From positions 160,001-224,000 of the forward strand of contig CAXXFK010000033.1 of NCBI GenBank assembly GCA_963663965.2: DNA of 64,000 nucleotides, written 5' to 3'. The DNA comes from Sedimentisphaerales bacterium. GTDB taxonomy: Bacteria; Planctomycetota; Phycisphaerae; Sedimentisphaerales; SM23-30. How positions within the stretch are numbered: the first letter of the stretch is position 1; every line of letters starts with the position of its first letter. Below are positions 29,670 to 40,233 of this stretch, piece after piece. The position numbers were made by a program, and so were the translations under genes. The notes under the pieces were generated by a model. The model was not told the DNA's origin, did not search any database, and saw only the letters and a program-made list of their open reading frames with translations.

Positions 29670-31808
29670 ATGCATAAACACGCGTTTTTATACAGTTTGA
29701 TTGTGATGATGGTTGGTAGCCTGGCCGTTGCGGGGCAGTTGACGGATTTTGTCAATCCTTTGCTGGGGACGGCGCCGTTGACCGATCCGCGTGAGATCGG
29801 GTATGTGCCGCCGAAGGACTGGCGGGTCTGGGCGGGGCTGGTGTTTCCGGGGGCGTCGGTGCCCAACGCGATGGTCCAGTTGAGTCCGATTACGGAGTTT
29901 GGCAGCGGCGCCGGGTACGAGTATGAAGACAGGACGATCTACGCGTTTGCCCATACCAATAAAGGGCACTGGAACCTGTGCCATATCCCGATGCTGCCGG
30001 TGTGGGGTGAGGTGTCGCCGAGGGATTTCGGCTCGAGTTACCGTCATGAGAATGAGTCGGCCCGGCCGGGGTATTACCGGGTGTTGCTGGAGCGGTATAA
30101 TATCAACGCGGAACTGACCTCCACGCTGCGCTGCGGGTATCACCGCTACACTTATCGGGATAACCAGGCGAAGAAGCTGGTGGTTAACCTGGCGGTATCC
30201 AATGAGCGGGTGAGAGGGTGGGATATTGCCCAGGATGGCGAGATGGCGTTTAAAGGGTATCAGCGAACTGGGCGGAATACGGTTTATTTTTATGCCCGGA
30301 CCAACCAGCCGATTACAAAGATTGAAATGCTGGAAAATGGCCGGCGGACTGTGCCGCTGGTTCATTTTGCCGAGGATGCCAAGCCGCTGGAGATAAAAAT
30401 CGGGCTTTCGTTTGTCAGTAATGACAACGCCCGGGATAACCTGCGGGAGGTGGCGGGTAAGAGCTTCGACCAGGTGCGGCAGGAAGCGAACGAGACCTGG
30501 GAAAAACTGCTGGGTAAGATCCAGGTGACCGGCGGGACTGAGCGGCAGAAAATGCTGTTTTATTCGTGTTTGTACCGGTCGTTTCTGTGGCCGGCGTTGC
30601 GCAGTGATCTGAATGGCGAATTTACCGATGACCGGGGGCAGGTGGTCAACAAGGGATTTTGTTATTATACCACGCCGTCGCTGTGGGATACCTATCGCAA
30701 TAAACTGGTGCTGCTGGGGCTGTTGTCGCCGGAGGTGACGGTCGATGTGATCAAGTCTTTGATTGATCAGGGCGAAAAAAGCGGATTCATACCGACCTTT
30801 TTCCACGGCGATCACGCGGCGGTGTTTATTGCCGGTTCGTATCTGAGAGGATTAAAGGATTTTGATGTGGAAAGCGCTTATCAGCTGTTGTTGCGTAACG
30901 CGACGGTGGAAGGGGGGACTCGGCCCCATATTACCGAGTATATGGAAAAGGGGTATATTTCAACGCCGGTGGTGGAGAAGCCGCATGTGGAGACCAAGGC
31001 CAAGGCCGGTGTGACCAAGACGCTGGAATATGCCTATGATGATTATGCCGTGGCGCTGCTGGCCCGGGCCCTGCATGATGAGGCCAACTATGCCATGCTG
31101 ATGAAGCGAACGGGTAATTATAAGAATGTGTTCGATCGCGAGACCGGCCTGATGCGCGGGCGGCTGGCCAATGGCGAATGGGTCAAGAATTTCGATCCGC
31201 AGTACCCGTATTATGAATACATGTATCGGGAGGCGAACGCGTGGCAGTCTACCTTCTTTGCCCCGCATGATATGGCAGGATTGGTTGGCCTGTATCCCGG
31301 TAAAGCAGCCTTTGAACGGAAGGTGGATGAGCTGTTTACGATACCATGGAACAAAGAGCATATCGCCCGGAATGTGTCTTCGTTTATCGGCCAATATTGT
31401 CATGGGAATCAGCCGGACCACAGTTCGCCGTATCTGTACTATTTTGTGGATAAGCCGGAAAAATCACAGAGGATTATCGATCGCCTTTTGAATGAATTTT
31501 ACGGTATGGGTGAGGATGGCCTGGCGTATTGCGGTATGGACGACGCGGGCGAGATGTCGGCGTGGTATGTGTTTAACGCGATCGGGTTTTATCCCTTTTC
31601 GCCGGCCGATCCGGAGTATATTGTTACCGTGCCGATCTTTGATACGGTCCAAATGCAGTTGCCGGAGGGGAAGGCCTGTGAGATTGTCCGGCAGGGTGGA
31701 AGCCGGACGCTGGGCGATATCCGCTGCGGCCAGAAGAAAGTCGAGGGCTATTTTATTACGCATCAGGCGCTGGAAGACTGCACGCAGATTGTTATTGCAA
31801 CGCGATAA
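29670..31808 (+). CDS. GH92 alpha-mannosidase family protein
   Basis: FVNPLLGT, PGASVPNAMVQLSP, SLWDTYR, TLEYAYDD, EANAWQ, HGNQP, GMDDAGEMSAWY. Confidence 0.92.
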   Translation: MHKHAFLYSLIVMMVGSLAVAGQLTDFVNPLLGTAPLTDPREIGYVPPKDWRVWAGLVFPGASVPNAMVQLSPITEFGSGAGYEYEDRTIYAFAHTNKGHWNLCHIPMLPVWGEVSPRDFGSSYRHENESARPGYYRVLLERYNINAELTSTLRCGYHRYTYRDNQAKKLVVNLAVSNERVRGWDIAQDGEMAFKGYQRTGRNTVYFYARTNQPITKIEMLENGRRTVPLVHFAEDAKPLEIKIGLSFVSNDNARDNLREVAGKSFDQVRQEANETWEKLLGKIQVTGGTERQKMLFYSCLYRSFLWPALRSDLNGEFTDDRGQVVNKGFCYYTTPSLWDTYRNKLVLLGLLSPEVTVDVIKSLIDQGEKSGFIPTFFHGDHAAVFIAGSYLRGLKDFDVESAYQLLLRNATVEGGTRPHITEYMEKGYISTPVVEKPHVETKAKAGVTKTLEYAYDDYAVALLARALHDEANYAMLMKRTGNYKNVFDRETGLMRGRLANGEWVKNFDPQYPYYEYMYREANAWQSTFFAPHDMAGLVGLYPGKAAFERKVDELFTIPWNKEHIARNVSSFIGQYCHGNQPDHSSPYLYYFVDKPEKSQRIIDRLLNEFYGMGEDGLAYCGMDDAGEMSAWYVFNAIGFYPFSPADPEYIVTVPIFDTVQMQLPEGKACEIVRQGGSRTLGDIRCGQKKVEGYFITHQALEDCTQIVIATR

Positions 31809-31878
31809 CGTGTGCGGTTTAAACGTGCTATGATAGTGACTGGTGGATGTCTGTGTCGAAATTAAAAGGAGTCTGGCA

Positions 31879-32964
31879 ATGGCTGAACGGTTGAAGGATC
31901 TGTTTTTTATTCCGGAGTCGGTGGCGGCGCTGGCCGATGCGATTAAGGGGGAATTTAAGGGGTTTGACAAAGAGGCGTTTCTGCGGCTGGCGCTGACGGA
32001 GGAATTTGCGGCAATGGAGTTGAAGGAACGGATGCGGCAGGTGACGATCTGCCTGGGGCAGGTTATGCCGAAATCGTATCGGCAGGCGATCGGGATTTTG
32101 AAAAAGGCGGCGCCGAAAGTGAAGGGTTTTGAGGCGATGTGTCTGCCCGATTATGCGGAATTGTATGGGATGGGGGACTGGGATGTGTCGCTGGAGGCGT
32201 TGGCGCTGTTTACGCGGTATTCTTCCAGTGAGTTCGCGATCCGGCCGTTTATTATCGAGGATCCTCAGCGGGTAATGGCGTTTATGCTGGAACTGGCGGA
32301 TTCGGACTATGAGAATGTGCGGCGGTTTGCCAGTGAAGGGTGCCGGCCGCGGCTGCCGTGGGCGATGGCGCTGCCCAACCTGAAGAAGGATCCGAGTCTG
32401 ATTTTTCCGATATTGGAAAAGCTCAAGGATGATGAATCGGAGTTTGTCCGCAAGAGTGTGGCGAACAACCTGAACGATATCTCCAAAGACCATCCGGGTA
32501 AGGTTCTGAAACTCTGTAAACAGTGGCAGGGGACGTCGAAGCGGACCGACTGGATTATCAAGCGGGCCTGCCGGACTATGCTCAAGGCGGGACGGCCGGA
32601 GGCGATGCAGTTATTTGGGTTTGGGGCTCCCAAAGATATCGAGGTGGTTGACCTGCGATTTGGTAAGAAGAAAGTTCGGATCGGGGAGACGACCACTATG
32701 ACGTTTACGCTGGCAGTGAAATCCAAAAAGGCCTGCAAGGTCCGGATGGAATATTGTGTGTATTATGTCAAGGCGGGGGGCAAGACCGGCAAGAAGGTTT
32801 TTCAGATCAAGGAAGATCAATTTAAACCGGGTGACTATCCGATCCAACGGAAGCTGGATTTTCGGGATAGGTCCACCCGCAAGCATTTTGCCGGGAAACA
32901 TGACATCGCCATTATCATTAATGGCGTGGAAGCGGCGCGCGGAGCGATTGAGCTGATGGGCTGA
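31879..32964 (+). CDS. AlkD/AlkC-like HEAT-repeat DNA alkylation repair protein
   Basis: SSEFAIRPFI, VRRFASEGCRPRLPW, FVRKSVANNLNDISKDHP; AAGGAG RBS. Confidence 0.85.
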   Translation: MAERLKDLFFIPESVAALADAIKGEFKGFDKEAFLRLALTEEFAAMELKERMRQVTICLGQVMPKSYRQAIGILKKAAPKVKGFEAMCLPDYAELYGMGDWDVSLEALALFTRYSSSEFAIRPFIIEDPQRVMAFMLELADSDYENVRRFASEGCRPRLPWAMALPNLKKDPSLIFPILEKLKDDESEFVRKSVANNLNDISKDHPGKVLKLCKQWQGTSKRTDWIIKRACRTMLKAGRPEAMQLFGFGAPKDIEVVDLRFGKKKVRIGETTTMTFTLAVKSKKACKVRMEYCVYYVKAGGKTGKKVFQIKEDQFKPGDYPIQRKLDFRDRSTRKHFAGKHDIAIIINGVEAARGAIELMG

Positions 32965-34134
32965 TCAGGCCGGGGGAGTGCGGGAGCCGGCGTAGAGTTC
33001 ATATTTCAGCAGTCGGCATTCGATGTTGCCGTTGTAGAATATAAACCGGCGGGAGGCTTTGAGGCCGACTTTTTTGGCCAGGTCAGCGTTGCCGGTCAGG
33101 AGATAGCCGTGGTAGCCCGGACAGCGCTGTTTGAAGAAGTCGCCGATGGCTTTATATTGGGTTTCGAGCGTTTCGATGTCACCCAGCCGCTCGCCATATT
33201 CGGGATTGAGCAGGACGATGCCGCCGGGCTCCTGGGGAACCTGGGTTTCGCTGAAGTCGCAGACCGCAAAGTCGATCAGGTGGTCCACCCCGGCGGTGCG
33301 GGCGTTCTGGCGGGCGGCTTCGATGGCCGGGCGGGCGAGGTCGGTGGCTATGATCTTTCGGGGTAATGCTTTGCCGGTGGCCGATTTGCGGGCTTCGAGA
33401 CGCAGTTGCTGATACAGGGTGTCATCGAAATCCAGCAGGTGCATAAAGCCGAAATTACTGCGTAATATCCCGGCTGGTTTATTGAGGGCGATATAGGCCG
33501 CTTCGATCGCCAGGGTACCGCTGCCGCACATGGGCAGGACCAGGTGTTGAGAACCATCGTAACCGGCGGCCATGAGCAGGGCGGCGGCCAGATTTTCGCG
33601 CAGGGGGGCTTTACCGGGCATTTTGCGGTAGTTGCGGTCGGAGAGTTTCTGGCCGGAGGTATTGAGATAGAGCCAGGCATTGTCATTTTTCCAGAACAGG
33701 TTGACCACGATTTTGTGACGGTCCGGGCCGCTGTCGGGCCGCTGGCCGGTCTTTTGCTGCAACCGGTCGACGATGGCATCCTTGACCTTGAGGTTGGGGA
33801 ACATGCTGTTGTTGATGGAATAGGTATTCACTTTCGATAACACACAGAGGTAGTTATCCGGGGCGAAGATCTTTTCCCAGGGCAGATTGTGGACCTGTTT
33901 ATAGAGTTTGTCGGGACTGCCGCAGCGAAATTCCTTGAGCAGGTACAGCACGTTATAGGCGGTTCGCAGATACAGGTTGAGTTTCATGCAGTCGACGAGC
34001 GAGCCTCTGGTGACCACGCCGCCGGTGTGGCTGTCAACGATCTCAAAACCGAGCGCTTTGAGTTCCATTGTCAGGTAGTCGGCCAGGCCCGGCCCGCAGG
34101 TGATCAGAATGGGACGTCTTTCATGGATATTCAT
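32965..34134 (-). CDS. THUMP-domain RNA methyltransferase (RlmL/YpsC-like)
   Basis: SGQKLSDRNYR, APLRENLAAA, PMCGSGT, NPEYGERL, FYNGNIEC. Confidence 0.88.
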   Translation of the reverse strand: MNIHERRPILITCGPGLADYLTMELKALGFEIVDSHTGGVVTRGSLVDCMKLNLYLRTAYNVLYLLKEFRCGSPDKLYKQVHNLPWEKIFAPDNYLCVLSKVNTYSINNSMFPNLKVKDAIVDRLQQKTGQRPDSGPDRHKIVVNLFWKNDNAWLYLNTSGQKLSDRNYRKMPGKAPLRENLAAALLMAAGYDGSQHLVLPMCGSGTLAIEAAYIALNKPAGILRSNFGFMHLLDFDDTLYQQLRLEARKSATGKALPRKIIATDLARPAIEAARQNARTAGVDHLIDFAVCDFSETQVPQEPGGIVLLNPEYGERLGDIETLETQYKAIGDFFKQRCPGYHGYLLTGNADLAKKVGLKASRRFIFYNGNIECRLLKYELYAGSRTPPA

Positions 34135-34446
34135 TGCGGTATGATAAGAAATTGGGACCGTTTTGTCAAAGTAAGACTGTCGGTTTAAGCTATCTGTTCA
34201 AAATCAGGTAAGTGGGATTACCAGGAATTGAACTACCGGTGGGAAATTGGGTTTTTCTTGATAAGATAGCTGTTAAACCTTTATGATTACGATGTATAAG
34301 TGTCTATGGTGAATGGAATTGACTGGAATCAGATATTCGGTTAAAATCTCGCCCAATGGCAGAAGAAGTCGAATTAAAAATAGATGAATTTTCAGAGGTG
34401 CCCTTTAGCATGTGAAACTGCCTTACTAAGAAGGGAATGAGTTATC

Positions 34447-35427
34447 ATGATAGAGTTTATTCGATCCATAGCGGGCCCGGAATTTCTGGTCTATTATTTT
34501 ATTTATGCTTCCGTATGTATTGTCGTTTGTTCGGTAATTGCTTATCAGGATGGTTCCAATAACTATCCGTTGCCGAATATTAATGAGTTTACCCCGATAG
34601 CCATTGCCGTATTGCGCGGGGGTTGGGCTCTGGTAGTACGGATTATTTTATACGATTTGTGGCGAAAAGGAGCCTTGTCAATTATTGGTAATGGTAAAAA
34701 TCGCCGAATCAAGGTGGAATCCGGTATTGAACCTGCCGTGTTAGCTAATGAACCGGGCCAATTTGGTCCGGAAGGCTATTACCCGGAAAAGATTGTAATG
34801 CCATTTTTAGACGTATCTCAGGCACCGCGTGATCTGTTTATCAATGGTGACCTGAAGGAACGGATCCAGTTATACCTGACGCCGATTTATGAAAAATTAC
34901 AGGAATATCAGTTGTATCGTAAACCGGAAGATGGCTGGAAAGCCTGGGGGAACTATCTATTTTTTATGGCTGTCATGTTGACTCCGGGAATTATCAAGTT
35001 GCAACTTGGGATCAGCCGCCATAAACCGGTTATTTATCTGATCCTGTTGCTGGTTGCGGTTGTTATTGCGTTAACGATCATGGTCAGGCCATGGCGTAAA
35101 ACCACGGTGTTGGGACGCCGCTATCTCGATCAACTGGAACGGCATTTTAAATATCTGAAAGACGCCGATCCCGATTCTCATGAAATCTCATCGATCGGAT
35201 TGTTCTGGCCGATGGCCATCTTTGGTGTCGGCTATATGTCAACGATGATGAGAGATACCGAATTGGGAGACGCCCTGATCCCGTCCAGGCAAACCGCGAA
35301 TAGCTGGTTTAATGCCGGCTGTGGCAGTGGTTGCGGCAGCGGTTGCGGCAGCGGTTGCGGGAGTGGATGCGGGAGTGGTTGTGGCGGCGGCTGTGGTGGT
35401 GGATGCGGCGGATGCGGCGGTGACTGA
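34447..35427 (+). CDS. TIGR04222-like membrane protein with a Cys/Gly low-complexity C-terminal tail
   Basis: GPEFLVYY, IAVLRGG, IKLQLGISRHKPVIYL, TVLGRRYL; tail (GCGS)5(GCGG)2GCGGCGGD. Confidence 0.8.
   Translation: MIEFIRSIAGPEFLVYYFIYASVCIVVCSVIAYQDGSNNYPLPNINEFTPIAIAVLRGGWALVVRIILYDLWRKGALSIIGNGKNRRIKVESGIEPAVLANEPGQFGPEGYYPEKIVMPFLDVSQAPRDLFINGDLKERIQLYLTPIYEKLQEYQLYRKPEDGWKAWGNYLFFMAVMLTPGIIKLQLGISRHKPVIYLILLLVAVVIALTIMVRPWRKTTVLGRRYLDQLERHFKYLKDADPDSHEISSIGLFWPMAIFGVGYMSTMMRDTELGDALIPSRQTANSWFNAGCGSGCGSGCGSGCGSGCGSGCGGGCGGGCGGCGGD
35317..35424 (+). repeat. 12-bp degenerate coding repeat, 9 Cys
   Basis: GGN TGY GGN AGY/GGN units with mixed synonymous codons. Confidence 0.95.
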
Positions 35428-35441
35428 CAGCGATTGACTTC

Positions 35442-36476
35442 ATGATGGCAGATTCAGGTTATATTCCCAGAGGTTTTAATTTACAGTGGCATATCACAGA
35501 CCGCTGCAATCTGGCATGCAAACATTGTTATCAGGATACGGAGGTCAGCCATTGTCACTGGAACGAATTGAAAATCATCCTGGATAAATTTTGCCGGTTC
35601 ATTCACCGCTGGCGAACGCAGGCCGAACGACCGGTGAAGGCTCACATTACCCTGACCGGGGGCGAACCGCTGGTTCATGAATCGTTCTGGGATATACTTA
35701 ATGAATTTAAGACGCGGCAGAGGCAATTTACTTTTTCATTATTGACCAACGGTACATTGATCGATCTGGGTATAGCGGAAAAGCTGGCATATTTTGGCCC
35801 AACTTACGTACAGGTGAGTATGGATGGCAACCGGGAGACACACGAAGCCTTGCGCGGAAGAGGCGCTTTCGATCAGGCATTAAAGGGCATTAAGAACCTG
35901 CTAAAATACCAGTTGCGAACAACGATTTCATTTACCGCTCATCGACAGAATTATCATGAATTTGCGGCAGTTGCCAAAATTGGGCGAAAACTGGGAGTTG
36001 ACAGGATCTGGACCGATCGCTTTTTGCCGGCTGGACGAGGAGCGGATTTGGACCATGAGGTTCTGGATCGGGAAGAGACGCGCTGTTTTTATGAAATGGT
36101 CCGGAAGCAGCGCGATCGGATGCGCTGGATACCCGGGAGAAAGACCGTAATTTCCATGCACCGGGCTCTCCAGTTTCTGGCAGGAGGGGGCAGGCCTTAT
36201 CAATGTTGTGCAGCCGATTCATTATTAACGATAATGCCGGATGGTACTGTGTCTCCTTGCCGGCGATTGCCTATAACGTTGGGAAATGCGCTGATACAGG
36301 AATTGGATGAGATCTATTATGGCCATCCCATGGCGATTCGATTACGGGATTTCAGCGCTTCGGATACGGAATGCGGCCAGTGTGTCTACCGGAAATTATG
36401 CCGGGGCGGGTTACGATGTCTGGCTTATGCGGTCAATGGTGATCCATTCCGGCGTGATCCGGGGTGCTGGCTTTAA
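35442..36476 (+). CDS. Radical SAM/SPASM-domain protein
   Basis: CNLACKHC, TGGEP, VSMDG; SPASM CCAADSLLTIMPDGTVSPC...CGQCVYRKLCRGGLRC...DPGC. Confidence 0.92.
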   Translation: MMADSGYIPRGFNLQWHITDRCNLACKHCYQDTEVSHCHWNELKIILDKFCRFIHRWRTQAERPVKAHITLTGGEPLVHESFWDILNEFKTRQRQFTFSLLTNGTLIDLGIAEKLAYFGPTYVQVSMDGNRETHEALRGRGAFDQALKGIKNLLKYQLRTTISFTAHRQNYHEFAAVAKIGRKLGVDRIWTDRFLPAGRGADLDHEVLDREETRCFYEMVRKQRDRMRWIPGRKTVISMHRALQFLAGGGRPYQCCAADSLLTIMPDGTVSPCRRLPITLGNALIQELDEIYYGHPMAIRLRDFSASDTECGQCVYRKLCRGGLRCLAYAVNGDPFRRDPGCWL

Positions 36477-36683
36477 AGTGCTGCTGCCCAATCGTGATCT
36501 GTATTTGCCGTTTAGTGTTTAGGTTTTGTTAATAGTGTCGACAAATTGGGCCTGCCAGCAAAGGGGTTGCAATTCTGGCCGGGAATGGTTAGATTATGGT
36601 CGATGTCTTTGGATTGGACTGCGTTTGGCCATCAATGGCTCACGTTGTTATCCTGGTATATATTGTTTAAGACAGGAGTTGTT

Positions 36684-38447
36684 ATGCCAATTTTGCTAGA
36701 ACAGGAAACCCGGCCGATTCGTTATGGGGCTTATCCGGAATTGACGCCGACGGCCGTGATTGTGGGGTATCTGATTGGGATTCTAATCGCGATCAGTATC
36801 GGGTATGCGTGCCTGATACTGGGATTTTCAATTGAAGGCTCGGAACTGGCGGCAATTTTAGGTTTCGGGGTATTGCGGGGGATCTTACGACGGAGCAGCA
36901 TTATCGAGAATAACATTAACCAGACCATCGCCAGTGCGGTCAACGGGGCGTCCTCGGGTATGATGTTTTCGGTACCGGCGCTGTTTATTCTGGGGTATAC
37001 CCAGGCAGATTTCAGTCCGCCACTGATGGTGTTTGCCTGTATTGCCGGTGGGATATTGGGGATTGCGTTTATTATCCCGTTACGCAAGCAGATGATCGAT
37101 TATGAGCGGCTTGCCTATCCGGGCGGTCAGGCGGTGGCGACGGTGTTGAAATCGCCTGGCGCCGGGATTCACAAGGCGATGCTGCTGGTTGGCGGGATAG
37201 CTTTAAGTGGTATCGTACATTTTCTGGCGAATCATTTTCATTTTGAGTATTTCGATCTGGGGGCTAAAGTGGGGATGCCGGAGTATATGAATACCGTCGT
37301 CTACGTGTCGCTGATGACGGTGGGGGTTGGTTTTATCGCCGGCAAGGGTGGATTTTCATTTATCGTCGGTGGTTTCACCTGTTACTGGGTATTGGCGCCG
37401 ATATTGGCTCAACAAGGTTTGCTTCCCAGTCCGGAAGAACTGACTGAGATGAAAGAAGCATTACCGGATTATTTGCGCAGTTCCCTGTTTAAGCCGGTGG
37501 GGATTGGCATGCTGGTAGGGGGGGCGGTAACCGGTATTGTATTGGCGTTGCCGTTGATTGCCAGTGCGATCAAGAGTATGCAGGATGCCGCTAAAAGCGG
37601 TAAGGCGATTTCTCAGGATGAGATGCCGGTGAAGTTGCTGTATATCGGGATTATTGGCGCGGCTGTTTTGTTATTTGTGATTGCGAAGAATGCCGCGGTT
37701 GAAGTGGGATACGGGCGCGCTCTGGTCATGGCATTATTGGGCACGTTGTGGATCTGGATTGCCGGAGTCGTATTATCTGAATGTGTCGGTCGCACCAACT
37801 GGTCGCCGTTGAGTGGTATGACCTTGATTGCGGTGACAATTTTAATTTTTATTGCCAGAGACATTGGCGATAAGCCGGCGATTATCGCTTCGGTATTTGT
37901 TGGGGCGGCGGCCTGTGTGGCGATGTCGCAGGCGACCGATTTGATGCTGGATCTAAAGACGGGATATATGGTAGGCGCAACCCCGAAAAAACAGCAGATA
38001 GGGCAGTTTCTGGCCACCTGGCTGGGGCCGATTGTTGTCATGAGTCTGATATTGATTTTACATCAAAGTACGGGTTTGGGCAGTAAACGATTGCCGGCGC
38101 CCCAGGGACAGGCCCTGGCAGGTATGATCCAGGGGATATTGGGCGACGACGTGCCAGTGTTGAAGTATATTGCCGGGGCAGTGCTGGGTATTATGTTAAG
38201 CTCATGCGGTATCGGCGGATTGGGAATCCTGGTGGGATTGGGTTTTTACCTGCCGTTTGATGTGGTGATTGCCTATACCGTCGGTATGGCGCTGCGCATG
38301 CTGATTGATAAATTTAAGGGAACCCACTTTGCGCACGACGTCGGCATACCCGTTGCTGCGGGCTTTATTGTCGGTGAAGCGCTGGTAGGCGTTGGTTTTG
38401 CGCTTTACAATGTGTTTTCAGGAATGATGAATCATAGCGTAAGTTAA
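36684..38447 (+). CDS. OPT/YSL oligopeptide transporter
   Basis: PELT, SIIENNINQTIASA, IPLRKQMI, YPGG, DLKTGYMVGATPKKQQIGQ, PAPQ; AGGAG RBS. Confidence 0.9.
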   Translation: MPILLEQETRPIRYGAYPELTPTAVIVGYLIGILIAISIGYACLILGFSIEGSELAAILGFGVLRGILRRSSIIENNINQTIASAVNGASSGMMFSVPALFILGYTQADFSPPLMVFACIAGGILGIAFIIPLRKQMIDYERLAYPGGQAVATVLKSPGAGIHKAMLLVGGIALSGIVHFLANHFHFEYFDLGAKVGMPEYMNTVVYVSLMTVGVGFIAGKGGFSFIVGGFTCYWVLAPILAQQGLLPSPEELTEMKEALPDYLRSSLFKPVGIGMLVGGAVTGIVLALPLIASAIKSMQDAAKSGKAISQDEMPVKLLYIGIIGAAVLLFVIAKNAAVEVGYGRALVMALLGTLWIWIAGVVLSECVGRTNWSPLSGMTLIAVTILIFIARDIGDKPAIIASVFVGAAACVAMSQATDLMLDLKTGYMVGATPKKQQIGQFLATWLGPIVVMSLILILHQSTGLGSKRLPAPQGQALAGMIQGILGDDVPVLKYIAGAVLGIMLSSCGIGGLGILVGLGFYLPFDVVIAYTVGMALRMLIDKFKGTHFAHDVGIPVAAGFIVGEALVGVGFALYNVFSGMMNHSVS

Positions 38448-38502
38448 GAAGACCTGATAAGCGGCATGCATTAATATGAATTATTAGACAGGATAGGATA
38501 TC

Positions 38503-39027
38503 ATGGTTATTATTGGCTATCTTTTATTTGTTGTCAGTTTTCTGGCCGGGGCTTTGGTGGCGGTGCAGGATAAGACCCAGGTGAACTGGTGGTATTTTGG
38601 CGGGTGTGTGGCCGTGGGGGCGTTGGGGGTGGTGTTGATTCGACTGGCGCATCGGGACCGGCATCACAGTGACGAAGCCCTGGCGGGAAATTTTCAATCC
38701 GTTAGAGAGGCTATTGAGAAGATCGTGGCCAATATGAAGACGTTGGGCGCTGAGGTTTTAACACTCAGTCCTTACGAAGTGCATGAGCGGATCGATGACC
38801 TGTTTGCCCGGGATATCGAGACTTTTGTCGAGGCCCGTAAGAGTATCGCGCGTAAGTATTCCCTGCAAGTTTATTCTGAGGTCATGAATCATTTTGCCGC
38901 GGCCGAGCGTTATTTGAACCGGGTCTGGTCCGCCTCGGTGGATGGCTATATCGATGAGGTACGCGATTATACCCAAAAAGCGTCCGATCAGTTTGAAGAG
39001 ACCCGGCGTATTATCGAGGGTTTATAA
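38503..39027 (+). CDS. Hypothetical membrane protein (2 TM plus helical domain)
   Basis: 174-aa ORF with RBS, co-oriented with the OPT gene. Confidence 0.7.
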   Translation: MVIIGYLLFVVSFLAGALVAVQDKTQVNWWYFGGCVAVGALGVVLIRLAHRDRHHSDEALAGNFQSVREAIEKIVANMKTLGAEVLTLSPYEVHERIDDLFARDIETFVEARKSIARKYSLQVYSEVMNHFAAAERYLNRVWSASVDGYIDEVRDYTQKASDQFEETRRIIEGL

Positions 39028-39430
39028 TCGACTAAACAGAGTGGTCTGGGTATGAAACGGATTCATTCGATGTGAAGAGCCGTTTTATTCGATATTAACA
39101 GGCGGTTGATGGTAACGTCTGGCAATGTTGTTAATATGGGAAATCTGGAGAAAACAGGGAGGGGGGCGAGTGAATTGTAAGGGGTGATTGCTAAATATTT
39201 TTATCATATTAACTTGACATTACGGTGCCGAATCATATAAAATGATACATATATAAGTGAAAAGAGAATAAAACAGAGGAAAATGTTCCCCCCAGTTTTT
39301 AATCATTCTGATATCCCGTCTGTTTTATTTTACTCAGTTAAACTGTGTCAGTTTTTCGATAGTGTCTGACATTATTTTATTAAACACTGTCGTTAGGTGA
39401 AGATCTCTTATTAGAAGCAGGAGAAAACAG

Positions 39431-40171
39431 ATGAGAAAAAATGTGTTGTTACTGGTTGCGTGTTTACTGATGAGCGCTCAATTCGTTTCTGCCAATGTTA
39501 CCGAATGGAGTGGTTCTGAGTCGGGAAAGATCAAGGCCAAATGGAAGACCCTTTTTGGCAAGAATAAAAGCGCCAGTACTGATGCCGAAATATCGATGAA
39601 TATCGCCTATCAGGATGGTTCGGCATTCGATCTGGATTATATCAATAAGAATTGGTATGGGGATGAAGACAGCATCCTTCCTGTTCTGCATCTTGAGCAA
39701 AACAAATATATTGATGTGACCATTGGCTGGTCCGGCTTGTCGCCCGATCTGGCTAACGCGTTAAGATTTGGGGCGGACTTTATGGTCTGGGAAGGCGAAG
39801 GGACCGAAGCAGCCAGTGACGCCATCTATCAATGGTCCAATTACATCTGCGATTCAGGCAGTATGACATTCAGTATGATGTATTCAGCGGATTGTCAGGG
39901 TGATAATTTACTGATTATTCTGGATGGCAATATTTTTACCTGTCCGTTCAATTATGTCGATGCATGTTATTTTGATATCTTTGCCCAGGCGAACGCGACC
40001 GGCAATGATAACAACAATGGAAAGCTTGGCATAGGCGCCCGGTTGGATTTTTGTTGCCAGAATCCTTTGCCGGGTGATCCTCCGGTTAATAATCCGGTTC
40101 CGGCTCCCGGCGCATTGGTATTGAGCTCGCTGGGTACAGCTGTTGTCGGATGGATCCGTCGGAAAAAATAA
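39431..40171 (+). CDS. PEP-CTERM-type (VPAPGA) surface protein
   Basis: Signal peptide; C-terminal VPAPGALVLSSLGTAVVGWIRRKK; AGGAG RBS; TTGACA at 39214. Confidence 0.85.
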   Translation: MRKNVLLLVACLLMSAQFVSANVTEWSGSESGKIKAKWKTLFGKNKSASTDAEISMNIAYQDGSAFDLDYINKNWYGDEDSILPVLHLEQNKYIDVTIGWSGLSPDLANALRFGADFMVWEGEGTEAASDAIYQWSNYICDSGSMTFSMMYSADCQGDNLLIILDGNIFTCPFNYVDACYFDIFAQANATGNDNNNGKLGIGARLDFCCQNPLPGDPPVNNPVPAPGALVLSSLGTAVVGWIRRKK

Positions 40172-40202
40172 GTTAGCGCCTATTCAATTTTGATTATTAC
40201 TG

Positions 40203-40233
40203 AGGTCAGCCCGCTCTGTGGCTGGCCTTTTTT
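40203..40233 (+). terminator. Intrinsic terminator
   Basis: AGGTCAGCC...GGCTGGCCT followed by a T-run. Confidence 0.65.
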
